A stretch of 63,861 bases of DNA from an uncultured archaeon. GTDB lineage: Archaea; Altiarchaeota; Altiarchaeia; IMC4; QMZM01. Where the stretch lies: positions 1-63,861 of the forward strand of contig CBFCYF010000001.1 of NCBI GenBank assembly GCA_965602195.1, written 5' to 3'. Position 1 is the first letter of the stretch. Each line of letters starts with the position of its first letter. Made by a program: the position numbers and the translations under genes. Positions 1 through 8,617 of the stretch are shown here, one piece after another. The notes below the pieces were generated by a model. That model saw only the letters and a list, made by a program, of their open reading frames with translations, ran no database searches and was not told the origin of the DNA.

Positions 1-574
1 TGATACCATAGCCTCCGAAGAATGCCAGCTCATTTACACCCTGCAGGATTAACCTCACCATCTCATCTCCCCTGTTGAATGAACCAGACTTCAAAACAAA
101 ATGCGTATTATCTGTTTCAGGTACTCCACTCTTAACGACCGGTTTGGCATTGTTCTCTAAAACAGCGGAGTCCAGGGTCATACCAAAAGCTGTTGCTAGC
201 GTATTAGAGGCATCAACAGAGGATTTACCTGAAGGAGGCATGACTAAAAGCCCGTTACCATCCTGCATAACAAATTTGAAAATCGCAAACAATTCCCCTG
301 ATGTTAAGTCCTTATTCAATCCCGCAACAACAAGAACATCTGGATTACGATTCTTTAATACTTCGGATGTCAGCACTATCCCTATCCTTTCCACAACATA
401 GCCCTTATCCTCCAATGCTTTTTTAAATTCAGAATAGTCCTTATCAATACTATATTTGGCACTCAGTTCATAGAACAAAACCCTTTTTGGATTTACCGCA
501 CCAACCATCGTGATAGACAACAAAATTATAAAAACCGCAAATATAGCAATATGTCTCGATTTCATTTTAATCAT
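1..574 (-). CDS. secreted or membrane-anchored protein, 3' end cut by the window edge (DUF4350-like, tentative)
   Basis: The minus frame is open from the window edge to ATG at 574 (or 565). Translation is MIKMKSRHIAIFAVFIILLSITMVGAVNPKRVLFYELSAKYSIDKDYSEFKKALEDKGYVVE..., with an N-terminal hydrophobic signal or anchor. It is absent from the ORF track because it runs off the window. Plus-strand ORFs 75..401 and 510..716 are antisense shadows. Confidence 0.5.
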   Translation of the reverse strand, partial: MIKMKSRHIAIFAVFIILLSITMVGAVNPKRVLFYELSAKYSIDKDYSEFKKALEDKGYVVERIGIVLTSEVLKNRNPDVLVVAGLNKDLTSGELFAIFKFVMQDGNGLLVMPPSGKSSVDASNTLATAFGMTLDSAVLENNAKPVVKSGVPETDNTHFVLKSGSFNRGDEMVRLILQGVNELAFFGGYGI

Positions 575-611
575 ATTTATATTTTTACCTTCTCGCTTAA
601 ATATCTTTCTA

Positions 612-1013
612 TTAATCCCCGATAATACTGACTATAACATTCCTCCTCCTTGGTCCGTCCAGCTCTGTCAGAAACACCCTCTGCCACGTCCCGAGTCCGA
701 TCTTCCCATCGATTAACGGCAGGACGACCTCATGCCCTAAAATCATGGAACGTAGGTGGGAGTCTGCATTGTTGTCTATTCTGTCATGTTCATAGTTTAA
801 TGGGGGGATAAGTTTTTCCAGGACGCCCTCCATATCCGAGATGAGTCCCGCCTCATTTTCATTTACTGTAATCCCTGTGGTGGTGTGCCGGCTAAACACT
901 GATATGATCCCGTCTTTGATTCCTGATCTATTCGCGACGGAATTAATTTCTTCTGTGATATCAATAAACTCTGTTCTCTTGCTTGATTCCACCTCAATTA
1001 TGTCCCTCATCAT
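612..1013 (-). CDS. YjbQ/UPF0047 family protein (secondary thiamine-phosphate synthase-like)
   Basis: 133 aa with family-typical stretches SRHTTTGITVNENE and DNNADSHLRSMILG. Its start overlaps the stop of the upstream gene as ATGA (1010-1013). Confidence 0.85.
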   Translation of the reverse strand: MMRDIIEVESSKRTEFIDITEEINSVANRSGIKDGIISVFSRHTTTGITVNENEAGLISDMEGVLEKLIPPLNYEHDRIDNNADSHLRSMILGHEVVLPLIDGKIGLGTWQRVFLTELDGPRRRNVIVSIIGD

Positions 1014-1687
1014 ATCTCCTCTAACTCAATGGTTATTTCATCAGTTATATGGATAACTCCGACTCTGTTTTGGGAGACCGGCCCTACATTAACCACATTA
1101 CTCTTCACCACAACCTCCTTTTCGCCCCCGGCCTCATGGATATGGGAACATACCACCAGATTAGGCTGGTATTCCTCTGTTATCCTCCTGACGGCCAGGC
1201 TTCCGGCGTGCATTCCTGCTGTTGTTAAATCGCATCTCGTGCCATTTGGAGGCTGATGAACCGCAAGTATCGTATTAACTGTTTCAATCTTCTGCATCAG
1301 ATCCCTCAGTCTCCTGTAGACCTCATCATCACTCATCTCAAATGGTGTATTGAAGGGCGTTGGGGATGCGCCTCCAAAACCTGCTATGGAGGTCTCTTTG
1401 AATATCTCTATCCTCTCATGTAGATTTATCCCTCTCTTATCGAACTCCTCAATAACCCCCAGAGAGTCACAGTTTCCAGGTATAGCCATTAATCTGAAAT
1501 CACTTAGCTCATCCAACACCCTGCTACACCATCCCAGATTCCTCTCCTCGTCTCTGAGGTCGCCGTATGCTGGGAAATCCCCGAGCAGGAGGATTGCATC
1601 TATTTCATTATCCACTGCGTATCTCCTTGCTTTTTCCACACCCCCCATATCCCCGTGAATATCCGCAGCTACCAATATCCTCATCAC
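1010..1687 (-). CDS. calcineurin-like metallophosphoesterase
   Basis: 225 aa carrying the phosphoesterase motifs DIHGD, GDFPAYGD, GNCD and SHIHEAGG in canonical order. Confidence 0.85.
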   Translation of the reverse strand: MMRILVAADIHGDMGGVEKARRYAVDNEIDAILLLGDFPAYGDLRDEERNLGWCSRVLDELSDFRLMAIPGNCDSLGVIEEFDKRGINLHERIEIFKETSIAGFGGASPTPFNTPFEMSDDEVYRRLRDLMQKIETVNTILAVHQPPNGTRCDLTTAGMHAGSLAVRRITEEYQPNLVVCSHIHEAGGEKEVVVKSNVVNVGPVSQNRVGVIHITDEITIELEEI

Positions 1688-1754
1688 ATCACACCCTATT
1701 AATCCTGTTATTTAAGAGATAGGAGATTATTGATAAATAGGAGGCAACAGTAGC

Positions 1755-2759
1755 CTATCCCCTGATCTCCCCATCCAGGAGGTCGGAGTATATCTTCTTC
1801 AGTTTTTTGCCGATGTTATCCAGTGAATGCTTCTGGGACATCTCATAAGCATTGTTTCCAAGTTTCTCCGCCAGTTCCCTGTCTTCCATCACCATCTTTA
1901 GCTTATCCGCTAATTCGCGGTTGTTTTCTGCCTTCAGACAATTTATGCCGTCCTTAAGCCACCCCTCATACGCCGGCAGATTCCTTGCCACAATAGGCCT
2001 CCTGCAGGCTGCGGCCTCCAGAAGCACTATACCCTGATTCTCACAGAGGCTTGGGAAAAAGAAGACGTCGGTACCACAATAAGTAGCCACAATATCCTCT
2101 ACGAATTCTATGAAAGCCACATTGGCCGGGGCGTTCTTGATGAGGGTTGAGACCTCAGGCTCCTCCAGCCCCCTGAATCTTCTGCCAAGCCATATGAATC
2201 GGTTATCGAATTTCCGGGCAACCTTAAGGAAGCTCCGCATACCCTTCCTTATGAACATGTGACCTACACATAGCGGCGTAATTCCATTAATGCCATATTT
2301 TTCCCTGAATGTCTGCCTTTTTTCCTCAGAGAACCGGAATTTGTTTGTATCTATGCCGTTACTGATGGGGATGATTGGTTTTTTGATGCCGTATCTCTTA
2401 AGGACGCCCCGAGTATACTCTGAGGGACAGAGGACAACATCCGCCTGATTATAGTAATACGTGAGATATCGCCGGAGTAAGGGTGCGAGGGTATTACTGA
2501 ACCTGTAGCTGTTTCTGAAATCGTCGGCTGTGACATGAGCATGGAGAACGATCTTCTTTCCCTTGCTCCTCATCTTCTTAGCCAGATAGAGGGATTTTAG
2601 TCCGATAATATTCAGGTGCAGGATGTCGAAATCATCATCAAGATCGTCGGTATGGGAGACATTATTAAGCTCCAGGGATCTTCTTTGATTTTTTATGGCT
2701 GTTCCTATCCCGCTATCTCTCAGCTTCTCCTCCAACTCCAGATAGAGACATACTTTCAT
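1755..2759 (-). CDS. glycosyltransferase, GT4 (GT-B, Glycos_transf_1) family
   Basis: 334 aa. The C-terminal half has FFFPSLCENQGIVLLEAAACRRPIV, an E-x7-E-like GT4 signature. TAG stop. Confidence 0.85.
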   Translation of the reverse strand: MKVCLYLELEEKLRDSGIGTAIKNQRRSLELNNVSHTDDLDDDFDILHLNIIGLKSLYLAKKMRSKGKKIVLHAHVTADDFRNSYRFSNTLAPLLRRYLTYYYNQADVVLCPSEYTRGVLKRYGIKKPIIPISNGIDTNKFRFSEEKRQTFREKYGINGITPLCVGHMFIRKGMRSFLKVARKFDNRFIWLGRRFRGLEEPEVSTLIKNAPANVAFIEFVEDIVATYCGTDVFFFPSLCENQGIVLLEAAACRRPIVARNLPAYEGWLKDGINCLKAENNRELADKLKMVMEDRELAEKLGNNAYEMSQKHSLDNIGKKLKKIYSDLLDGEIRG

Positions 2760-2773
2760 GACATTTATCTTAT

Positions 2774-2926
2774 TTATCGGAGGGAGTTATATCTTTTACC
2801 CTTCAGGCATAGAACACACACCCCTTTTTCAGGGATATAACATTGTGAGCAGACCCTCTTCCCACATAGCATGCAGGTATAAAGTCTTGCAGCATTCCCA
2901 CAGATATCACACAAACCCTGGCTCAT
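2774..2926 (-). CDS. small zinc-finger protein with four CxxC pairs (50 aa), below the ORF-track size cutoff
   Basis: Hand translation of the minus strand gives MSQGLCDICGNAARLYTCMLCGKRVCSQCYIPEKGVCVLCLKGKRYNSLR with a TAA stop. The eight Cys are spaced C-x2-C-x8-C-x2-C-x4-C-x2-C-x7-C-x2-C. A TTTAAA TATA-like box lies about 20 nt upstream of the ATG. The ORF ends 14 nt before the GT4 start. Confidence 0.6.
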   Translation of the reverse strand: MSQGLCDICGNAARLYTCMLCGKRVCSQCYIPEKGVCVLCLKGKRYNSLR

Positions 2927-3070
2927 TTTTATATCTCCCCTTTAAATGTATCACGGATTTTCACAGTCATTAATTTCATTTGACATTACACCCATATATC
3001 TTATCATCCAGCACCTTTATCTCACCATTGCCCTTTAACAAGATATTTAAGGATTTCCCCTAATAAGTAG

Positions 3071-4534
3071 TTGATGAAGAAAACAATCCTTATTTTAGGT
3101 ATTCTCTTTCTGTTAGTTTTCGCTGGTTGTCTTGGTGGAAATCCAGAAGAAGAAACCACCAGCACTACGGTCCAAGAGAAAGGAAAATTTTGTTCTAATG
3201 CCAACTATTCTACTAGAAATTCCACTATTGGGAACCGTGCCTATATAGCTCTTACCAGAGAAAGCCTGGAGAAATTAGAAGATGCCATCGAAGAAGAAGG
3301 CGATTCTGCTCTGGAGGGGATAAGCAACCTGGCCTGTCTAGAAGCTTTGCGTTTACAGAACACCCAGGTCTCCGATATCTCCCCTCTAGCCAACCTCGAG
3401 AATCTAAAAACGTTGAATTTATCTAGCACTCAGGTCTCCGATATCCCCCCTCTATCTAACCTCAAGAACCTAGAAACGTTGAGTTTAAGGAACACCCAGG
3501 TCTCCGATATCTCCCCTCTAGCCAACCTTGAGAACCTAGAAGGCCTGTATTTACGGGGCACCCAAGTCTCCAATGTCTCCCTTTTATCCAACCTCAAGAA
3601 CCTAGAAGAGTTGAGGTTATCTCACACTCAGGTCTCCGATATCTCCCCACTAGCCAACCTCGAGAACCTAGAAAAGTTGGATTTAGGGGGCACCCAGGTC
3701 TCCGATATCTCCCCTCTATCTAACCTCAAGAACCTAGAAGAGTTGGATTTATGGGGCTCCCAGGTCTCCGATGTCTCCCCTCTAGCCAACCTCGAGAACC
3801 TAAAATGGTTGGATTTACTTAGCACTCAGGTCTCCGATATCTCCCCACTATCCGACCTCGAGAAACTAGAAAAGTTGGATTTACGGGACACCCAAGTCTC
3901 CAATGTCTCCCTTCTATCCGACCTCAAGAATCTAGAAGAGTTGAGGTTATCTGGCACTCAGGTCTCCAATATCTTCCCTCTATCCGACCTCGAGAAACTA
4001 GAATGGTTGGATTTATCTGTCACTCAGGTCTCCAATATCTCCCTACTATCCGACCTCGAGAAACTAGAAGAGTTGGATTTATCTAGCACTCAGGTCTCCG
4101 ATATCTCCCCACTATCCGACCTCGAGAAACTAGAATGGTTGGATTTAGGGGTCACCCAAGTCTCCGATATCTCCCCTCTAGCCAACCTCAAGAACCTAGA
4201 AGAGTTGGATTTATGGCACACCCAAGTCTCCGATATCTCCCCTCTAGCCAACCTCGAGAATCTAAAATGGTTGTATTTATCTAGCACTCAGGTCTCCGAC
4301 GTATCCCCTCTCTACAACCTCAAGAACCTAAAAGGGTTGTATTTACGGGACACCCAGGTCTCAGAGCAAGAATGTGAAAACCTATGTAATAAGTTGCCCG
4401 ATACCGAGGTCCATTGCTATTACTCATATTTTCTTCCATTATCACGAGCTTTCTTGGTTTTTTGTAGTGTCTTTCTTTTATTTATGGTTTGCGTGATATG
4501 TGTTCTCTTCTTTTTTTTGAGGAAAACCCACTGA
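3071..4534 (+). CDS. leucine-rich-repeat surface lipoprotein with C-terminal TM anchor
   Basis: 487 aa. It has a lipobox-like N-terminus LLVFAGCLGG, 15 consecutive 22-aa LRR units (TQVSDISPLANLENLEELDL-type) and a C-terminal hydrophobic helix FLVFCSVFLLFMVCVICVLFFF. Confidence 0.85.
   Translation: MMKKTILILGILFLLVFAGCLGGNPEEETTSTTVQEKGKFCSNANYSTRNSTIGNRAYIALTRESLEKLEDAIEEEGDSALEGISNLACLEALRLQNTQVSDISPLANLENLKTLNLSSTQVSDIPPLSNLKNLETLSLRNTQVSDISPLANLENLEGLYLRGTQVSNVSLLSNLKNLEELRLSHTQVSDISPLANLENLEKLDLGGTQVSDISPLSNLKNLEELDLWGSQVSDVSPLANLENLKWLDLLSTQVSDISPLSDLEKLEKLDLRDTQVSNVSLLSDLKNLEELRLSGTQVSNIFPLSDLEKLEWLDLSVTQVSNISLLSDLEKLEELDLSSTQVSDISPLSDLEKLEWLDLGVTQVSDISPLANLKNLEELDLWHTQVSDISPLANLENLKWLYLSSTQVSDVSPLYNLKNLKGLYLRDTQVSEQECENLCNKLPDTEVHCYYSYFLPLSRAFLVFCSVFLLFMVCVICVLFFFLRKTH
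3332..4369 (+). repeat. about 15.7 tandem 66-bp units encoding the LRR array
   Basis: The DNA strings cacccaggtctccgatatctcccctctagccaacctcgagaacctagaa recur every 66 bp. They generate the antisense ORF shadows at 3241, 3628 and 4090. Confidence 0.9.
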
Positions 4535-4763
4535 TTTTGTAAGTTAAGAGATATTTTTATGTAGTATCTACCAAATACATTTTTCTTTTCATTTATTAAC
4601 TTACAAGTGTAACATCGGCTCTTCTCCAAATTTAAGATAAATTAAAGGGTAAACCTTTAGCGATGTATGTTATTTTTTTGCCAGGAAAAAATCACATTAT
4701 TTTAAAACGATGAGGTTTCTGCAGGCTTCCCACACGCCCCTTACCCCTAGATATTAAAACGAA

Positions 4764-4877
4764 ATGTGAAATCAAAGATTTCTCATTTATGAGAAACCCT
4801 CCGGGTTTCACATATAGGAAATGCAGGATATTGAAATTCCTTTGGAATTTCAAAAAATTACGACCCTCGGTCGTAAT
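4764..4877. other. four consecutive perfect stem-loops with 3-nt loops (candidate structured RNA or REP-like cluster)
   Basis: The four hairpins are GAAATC-aaa-GATTTC (4768-4782), GAAACCC-tcc-GGGTTTC (4793-4809), GAAATTCC-ttt-GGAATTTC (4833-4851) and ATTACGACC-ctc-GGTCGTAAT (4857-4877). The first two are each extended by ATG-N ... N-CAT flanks. Confidence 0.6.
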
Positions 4878-5054
4878 TAGAGCATCAACCTCCCCGCTGT
4901 TTTGTTGTTTTCCCCTATTAATATTATTATTCTTCAAGATTAAATAGATAATCAATAAATACTTAGCTATCTATCGATTTTATGGAATATTTCTCCAAAA
5001 AAGTGGAGAAGTGCCACTTTAATTAAAGGAACGATAACTCCCCCCACATTTAAG

Positions 5055-5987
5055 ATGGATCTGCTTTTGGAAACTATACTGAAGGATTCAGATAAAATTT
5101 TTCCTTTAGTGTTGGTGATTTTAGGCTACATACTAAAGAAGGCTCATGTAGTGAAGAAAGAGATCGCAGATTCTCTGATAAAGGTGGTTTTCTACGTGTT
5201 TCTCCCGGCCACCATTTTTTATTCCATAGTGCAATTGCCTTTGAAATCAACATTAATAATACTTCCTGTGGCCGGGTTTTCTGTTGCCCTGTTATGCTAT
5301 TTGTTCGGGTTTCTGATCAAGGATTTTTTAGGGATGGGAAAAAAGACTCAAGGTTCCTTCCTCATAGCCTGCGGTGCCATGAACCAGGGCATGTTTACCT
5401 ACCCATTTTTTCTCATGTATCTTGGGACAACCGGGCTTTCTTATGTAGCATTCTATGATGTTGGGCAGGCATTTCTGGCTTTAACCTTGGGGTATTATAT
5501 CGCCGTCAGACATGGAAGCTGCTGCCGATCCAGTGATCTGAGAAAGTTGACGGGGAAGATTCTGGCATTCCCTCCCCTGTGGGCGTTTTCATCCGCTCTT
5601 TCAGTAAATTATCTTAGACTCTACCAGTTAACTCAACTGGCATCTCCTTTAATTGAAATACTCCATAATTGTACGGTGCCGTTGATCATGCTCTCTCTTG
5701 GCATATTTCTTGAACCGAGAATCAAAGAAGGTAGGGCTATGTTGGCTGTAATTTTTACTAGATTCATATTCTCACTGTTTATTGCATGTCTTATCGTCTC
5801 TGTTTTTAATCTTGAGGGGTTGGAGAGAATCACCGTCCTCATAGCATCGGCGGCTCCGCCTGCTATGATCACCCTGGTTTACTGCGGGCAAGAGAAGCTG
5901 GATGTGGAATTCACAGCAGCGTTAATCTCTGTGTGCATCATAATAGGATTAATTTATACACCCCTACTATTCACTCTTTTAGGGTAA
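5055..5987 (+). CDS. auxin-efflux-carrier (AEC) family permease
   Basis: 310 aa and polytopic with about 10 TM. Two homologous halves are separated by a polar loop, as is typical of Mem_trans/AEC transporters. Confidence 0.75.
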   Translation: MDLLLETILKDSDKIFPLVLVILGYILKKAHVVKKEIADSLIKVVFYVFLPATIFYSIVQLPLKSTLIILPVAGFSVALLCYLFGFLIKDFLGMGKKTQGSFLIACGAMNQGMFTYPFFLMYLGTTGLSYVAFYDVGQAFLALTLGYYIAVRHGSCCRSSDLRKLTGKILAFPPLWAFSSALSVNYLRLYQLTQLASPLIEILHNCTVPLIMLSLGIFLEPRIKEGRAMLAVIFTRFIFSLFIACLIVSVFNLEGLERITVLIASAAPPAMITLVYCGQEKLDVEFTAALISVCIIIGLIYTPLLFTLLG

Positions 5988-6036
5988 AAAAAATTGCTTC
6001 GCAATTTTTAACTTGTATACTTTCGTATACAATAAA
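5986..6036. repeat. 51-bp double-hairpin element, copy 1 (bidirectional terminator-like)
   Basis: Sequence aaaaaaaaTTGCttcGCAAtttttaacTTGTATACtttcGTATACAAtaaa. It fills the 66-nt gap between convergent genes. On the minus strand, hairpin ATTGC-gaa-GCAAT is followed by T8. It is identical to 45857-45907. Confidence 0.85.
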
Positions 6037-6053
6037 AAGAAATATTTTGCGGA

Positions 6054-8498
6054 TTACCTTAGAGAAGCGCCATCCCTTCTCCTCTTGTATTTCCTTAGCT
6101 TAGCAACTTCTTCTTTATCTCCCTGTCTTGTGGGCATCTCACTCGCAGGTTCCTTAGATATCTCCTCCTCTACCTTAAACTCCGGCCCACCTTCATCCAC
6201 CGACTCCTCCAGAGCATCCTCCTCTACCTTAAACTCCCGCCTACCTTCATCCACCGACTCCTCTAGACTATGCTCCTCCACCAGCACCCCCTCATCAGTC
6301 TCCTTCTTGGTGTCCGCCTCTGCTTCTTTTAGAGTGTGCACTGGATATGCCTCTTCTTCAGATTCCTGTATCAGTTTCCTCTTTTTAAATGAGGACACCA
6401 GAAAATAGACCAGAACTATTAGTATAATTAATGCGACAAGGATCAACGCATACTCAAGGGGTCTGGAGGAGACATCAGCAGGTATTATCCCGCAGATCCC
6501 CTTTATCAAGTCACCCAGCGGATTTCCACTATCCTCTTCACCAATACTTGCTATGATAGCATTTATCTGCAGTAACTCCTTTCCGTATCTGCTGCCATTG
6601 TAGGTTGATTCCCCCGCTTCTCCCTTCAAGGCATCTATGTCCTTGATTTCAATGTAGTCTGGGATACAGTCAGGGGTCTGAGTGCTCAGCGTTCGGTCCA
6701 GGCACAGATAGACTTCCCTTGATCTCTGGACGAGGATGGTTGCATTCACAAAATCTCCTTCGCTGCGTCTCTCCTGTGCAAGAATAAGATATATTTCCGC
6801 CATCAGTTCATGGCTCCTAACTGAGCTGTTATTATCATCTACTCTGTGATAATACATGGCAGCTTTTTCGATATCTTCAAGGGCCAGGGTGTAGTTGCCT
6901 TCATCATATCTATATGTTGCGTTTTCGTATAGATTATCTGCTTCGATCCTGAGATACCTTTCAGAATTATTTATTAATTCCTTGCATTCATCGACTGCGG
7001 TATAGTTTTTTATGGAAATGTATTTCCACTTTGCTCTTTCAGCCCGTTCGCTGGCGTTGATATAGCTGCCCTCCAGATAGAATTTCTGGGCCTGCTCGTA
7101 GTAAGAACGTGCGATCTCCACCTCACTGCCTAACCGACCAGCATAGTTATTAATTTTCGTTATCAGCTCCTTCACCTTAGACAACTTCCATTTATCATCT
7201 AATTCTTCATACATCTGCTCCGCTTTTTCCGCATACTCCAGCGCTTTTTTGTATTCCTTGCTCTTATAATGACTGTTGGCATCTGAGAAATAGCTGTCGG
7301 CTTCCTTCATCTTCAGGTAAATCTCTGAATGGAAAACATGCAGTCTATGCGTGTCCCAGGTACCCACCATCACCTCATCATAGCCGTCACCATCCAGGTC
7401 AGAGGTGCAGATACTTCTCACAACACCCACGTCCCTCGACCATATCTCATCCCCGCTACAATCGAAGATGTACAATTTATCAGACCCCACGATTATCTCA
7501 TAATCCCCATCATCCTCCAGATCAACTATATCAAGATCAGTGATGGCATCACCTCCCGCGCCATTCTGCCATTTAAGATTCCCATCTGAGTCCAGCACAT
7601 ACAAGTCATTTGAGCCGACAATAACCTCTTTCTCGCCGTCACCATCCAAGTCCTCCACAATAATTTCAGTTATATACCCTCTGGTAGTATAGTTCCACAG
7701 GTCATTGCCATCGAGGTCCAGGACATACAGGTAATGCAGTGATCCTGCAAAAATCTCTTTCCTACCGTCACCATCAACATCCGCAACGTTAATGGATTCT
7801 ATACCTCTGCCTGTTTTATACTTCCATATAACGCCTCCAGTATAATTGAAAAGCATGAGATAGGATGATTTATAAAAGACGCCGTGTCTCCCCACAGTTC
7901 CCACCAACACCTCCTTTACGCCGTCATCATCCATATCAACTCCAAGTACTGCGTTCGCTTCTTCAGGAGCCAACGCAATCCATTTCCTGCCCCCTGAGCT
8001 ATCAAATACGTAGATATTGTTATGTCTGTGCCCCCCACCTGTTATTATCTCAGGCTCCCCGTCATTTTCGAGGTCAGCTATATCTACACTCAGAAGGTCA
8101 TTACCGTGTTGGGTTTGCCTCTTCATCTTCACATCCCCAAGATAATCATAAACATGAAGATAAGAGAGGACACCTATTATAATATCACTCTTGCCGTCAT
8201 TATCAACATCCGCTATCTCCATGTTTGAAATTGAGGGCATACCCGACTCCTTCCACAGTAGATTACCGTCAATGTCGAAAAGAATAAGCCAACCTGCTGT
8301 TCCAACGGAAGTGTATCGTGACACGCTTATTGCTATCTCCTGCAGCCCGTCATTATCCAGATCCCCAGCATTAACGTGATTCACGTTTCCTTCGACGGTA
8401 TAGTTCCATTTCTCAGTTAAAAAATTGATCTCTGCATGTGCCCCTACTATGAGAAACAATACTGCAGATACCATGAGGAATACACTGATTTTTTTCAT
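6054..8498 (-). CDS. surface protein: signal peptide, 8x FG-GAP/DxDxDG propeller repeats, TPR-like helical region, TM, acidic repeat tail
   Basis: 814 aa. Repeats GDLDNDGLQEI, ADVDNDGKSDI, ADLENDGEPEI, VDMDDDGVKEV, ADVDGDGRKEI, EDLDGDGEKEV, VDLEDDGDYEI and SDLDGDGYDEV are followed by Y/A-rich helical repeats. The TM is ILVALIILIVLVYFLV. The tail carries a duplicated 18-aa EESVDEGxxEFKVEE motif. Confidence 0.8.
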   Translation of the reverse strand: MKKISVFLMVSAVLFLIVGAHAEINFLTEKWNYTVEGNVNHVNAGDLDNDGLQEIAISVSRYTSVGTAGWLILFDIDGNLLWKESGMPSISNMEIADVDNDGKSDIIIGVLSYLHVYDYLGDVKMKRQTQHGNDLLSVDIADLENDGEPEIITGGGHRHNNIYVFDSSGGRKWIALAPEEANAVLGVDMDDDGVKEVLVGTVGRHGVFYKSSYLMLFNYTGGVIWKYKTGRGIESINVADVDGDGRKEIFAGSLHYLYVLDLDGNDLWNYTTRGYITEIIVEDLDGDGEKEVIVGSNDLYVLDSDGNLKWQNGAGGDAITDLDIVDLEDDGDYEIIVGSDKLYIFDCSGDEIWSRDVGVVRSICTSDLDGDGYDEVMVGTWDTHRLHVFHSEIYLKMKEADSYFSDANSHYKSKEYKKALEYAEKAEQMYEELDDKWKLSKVKELITKINNYAGRLGSEVEIARSYYEQAQKFYLEGSYINASERAERAKWKYISIKNYTAVDECKELINNSERYLRIEADNLYENATYRYDEGNYTLALEDIEKAAMYYHRVDDNNSSVRSHELMAEIYLILAQERRSEGDFVNATILVQRSREVYLCLDRTLSTQTPDCIPDYIEIKDIDALKGEAGESTYNGSRYGKELLQINAIIASIGEEDSGNPLGDLIKGICGIIPADVSSRPLEYALILVALIILIVLVYFLVSSFKKRKLIQESEEEAYPVHTLKEAEADTKKETDEGVLVEEHSLEESVDEGRREFKVEEDALEESVDEGGPEFKVEEEISKEPASEMPTRQGDKEEVAKLRKYKRRRDGASLR
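6163..6270 (-). repeat. 2 x 54-bp tandem repeat in the C-terminal tail of the FG-GAP protein
   Basis: tcctcctctaccttaaactcc... starts at 6163 and again at 6217. The copies differ by a few substitutions. Confidence 0.85.
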
Positions 8499-8617
8499 AA
8501 CAATTAAAATTATGATTTCAAGAATAAATCATTTAAGTGATGATGAAACATGAACCGACAGATATTTAAACATAAACACACCTCATAATAAATACTAGGG
8601 GATATGGAAATTAGGGT

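Noticed and set aside
4692-4955. An 87-aa minus-strand ORF in the LRR-AEC gap.
   Set aside because: It spans the four perfect hairpins and A/T-rich DNA, and its translation is low-complexity. The palindromes explain the open frame better than coding does.
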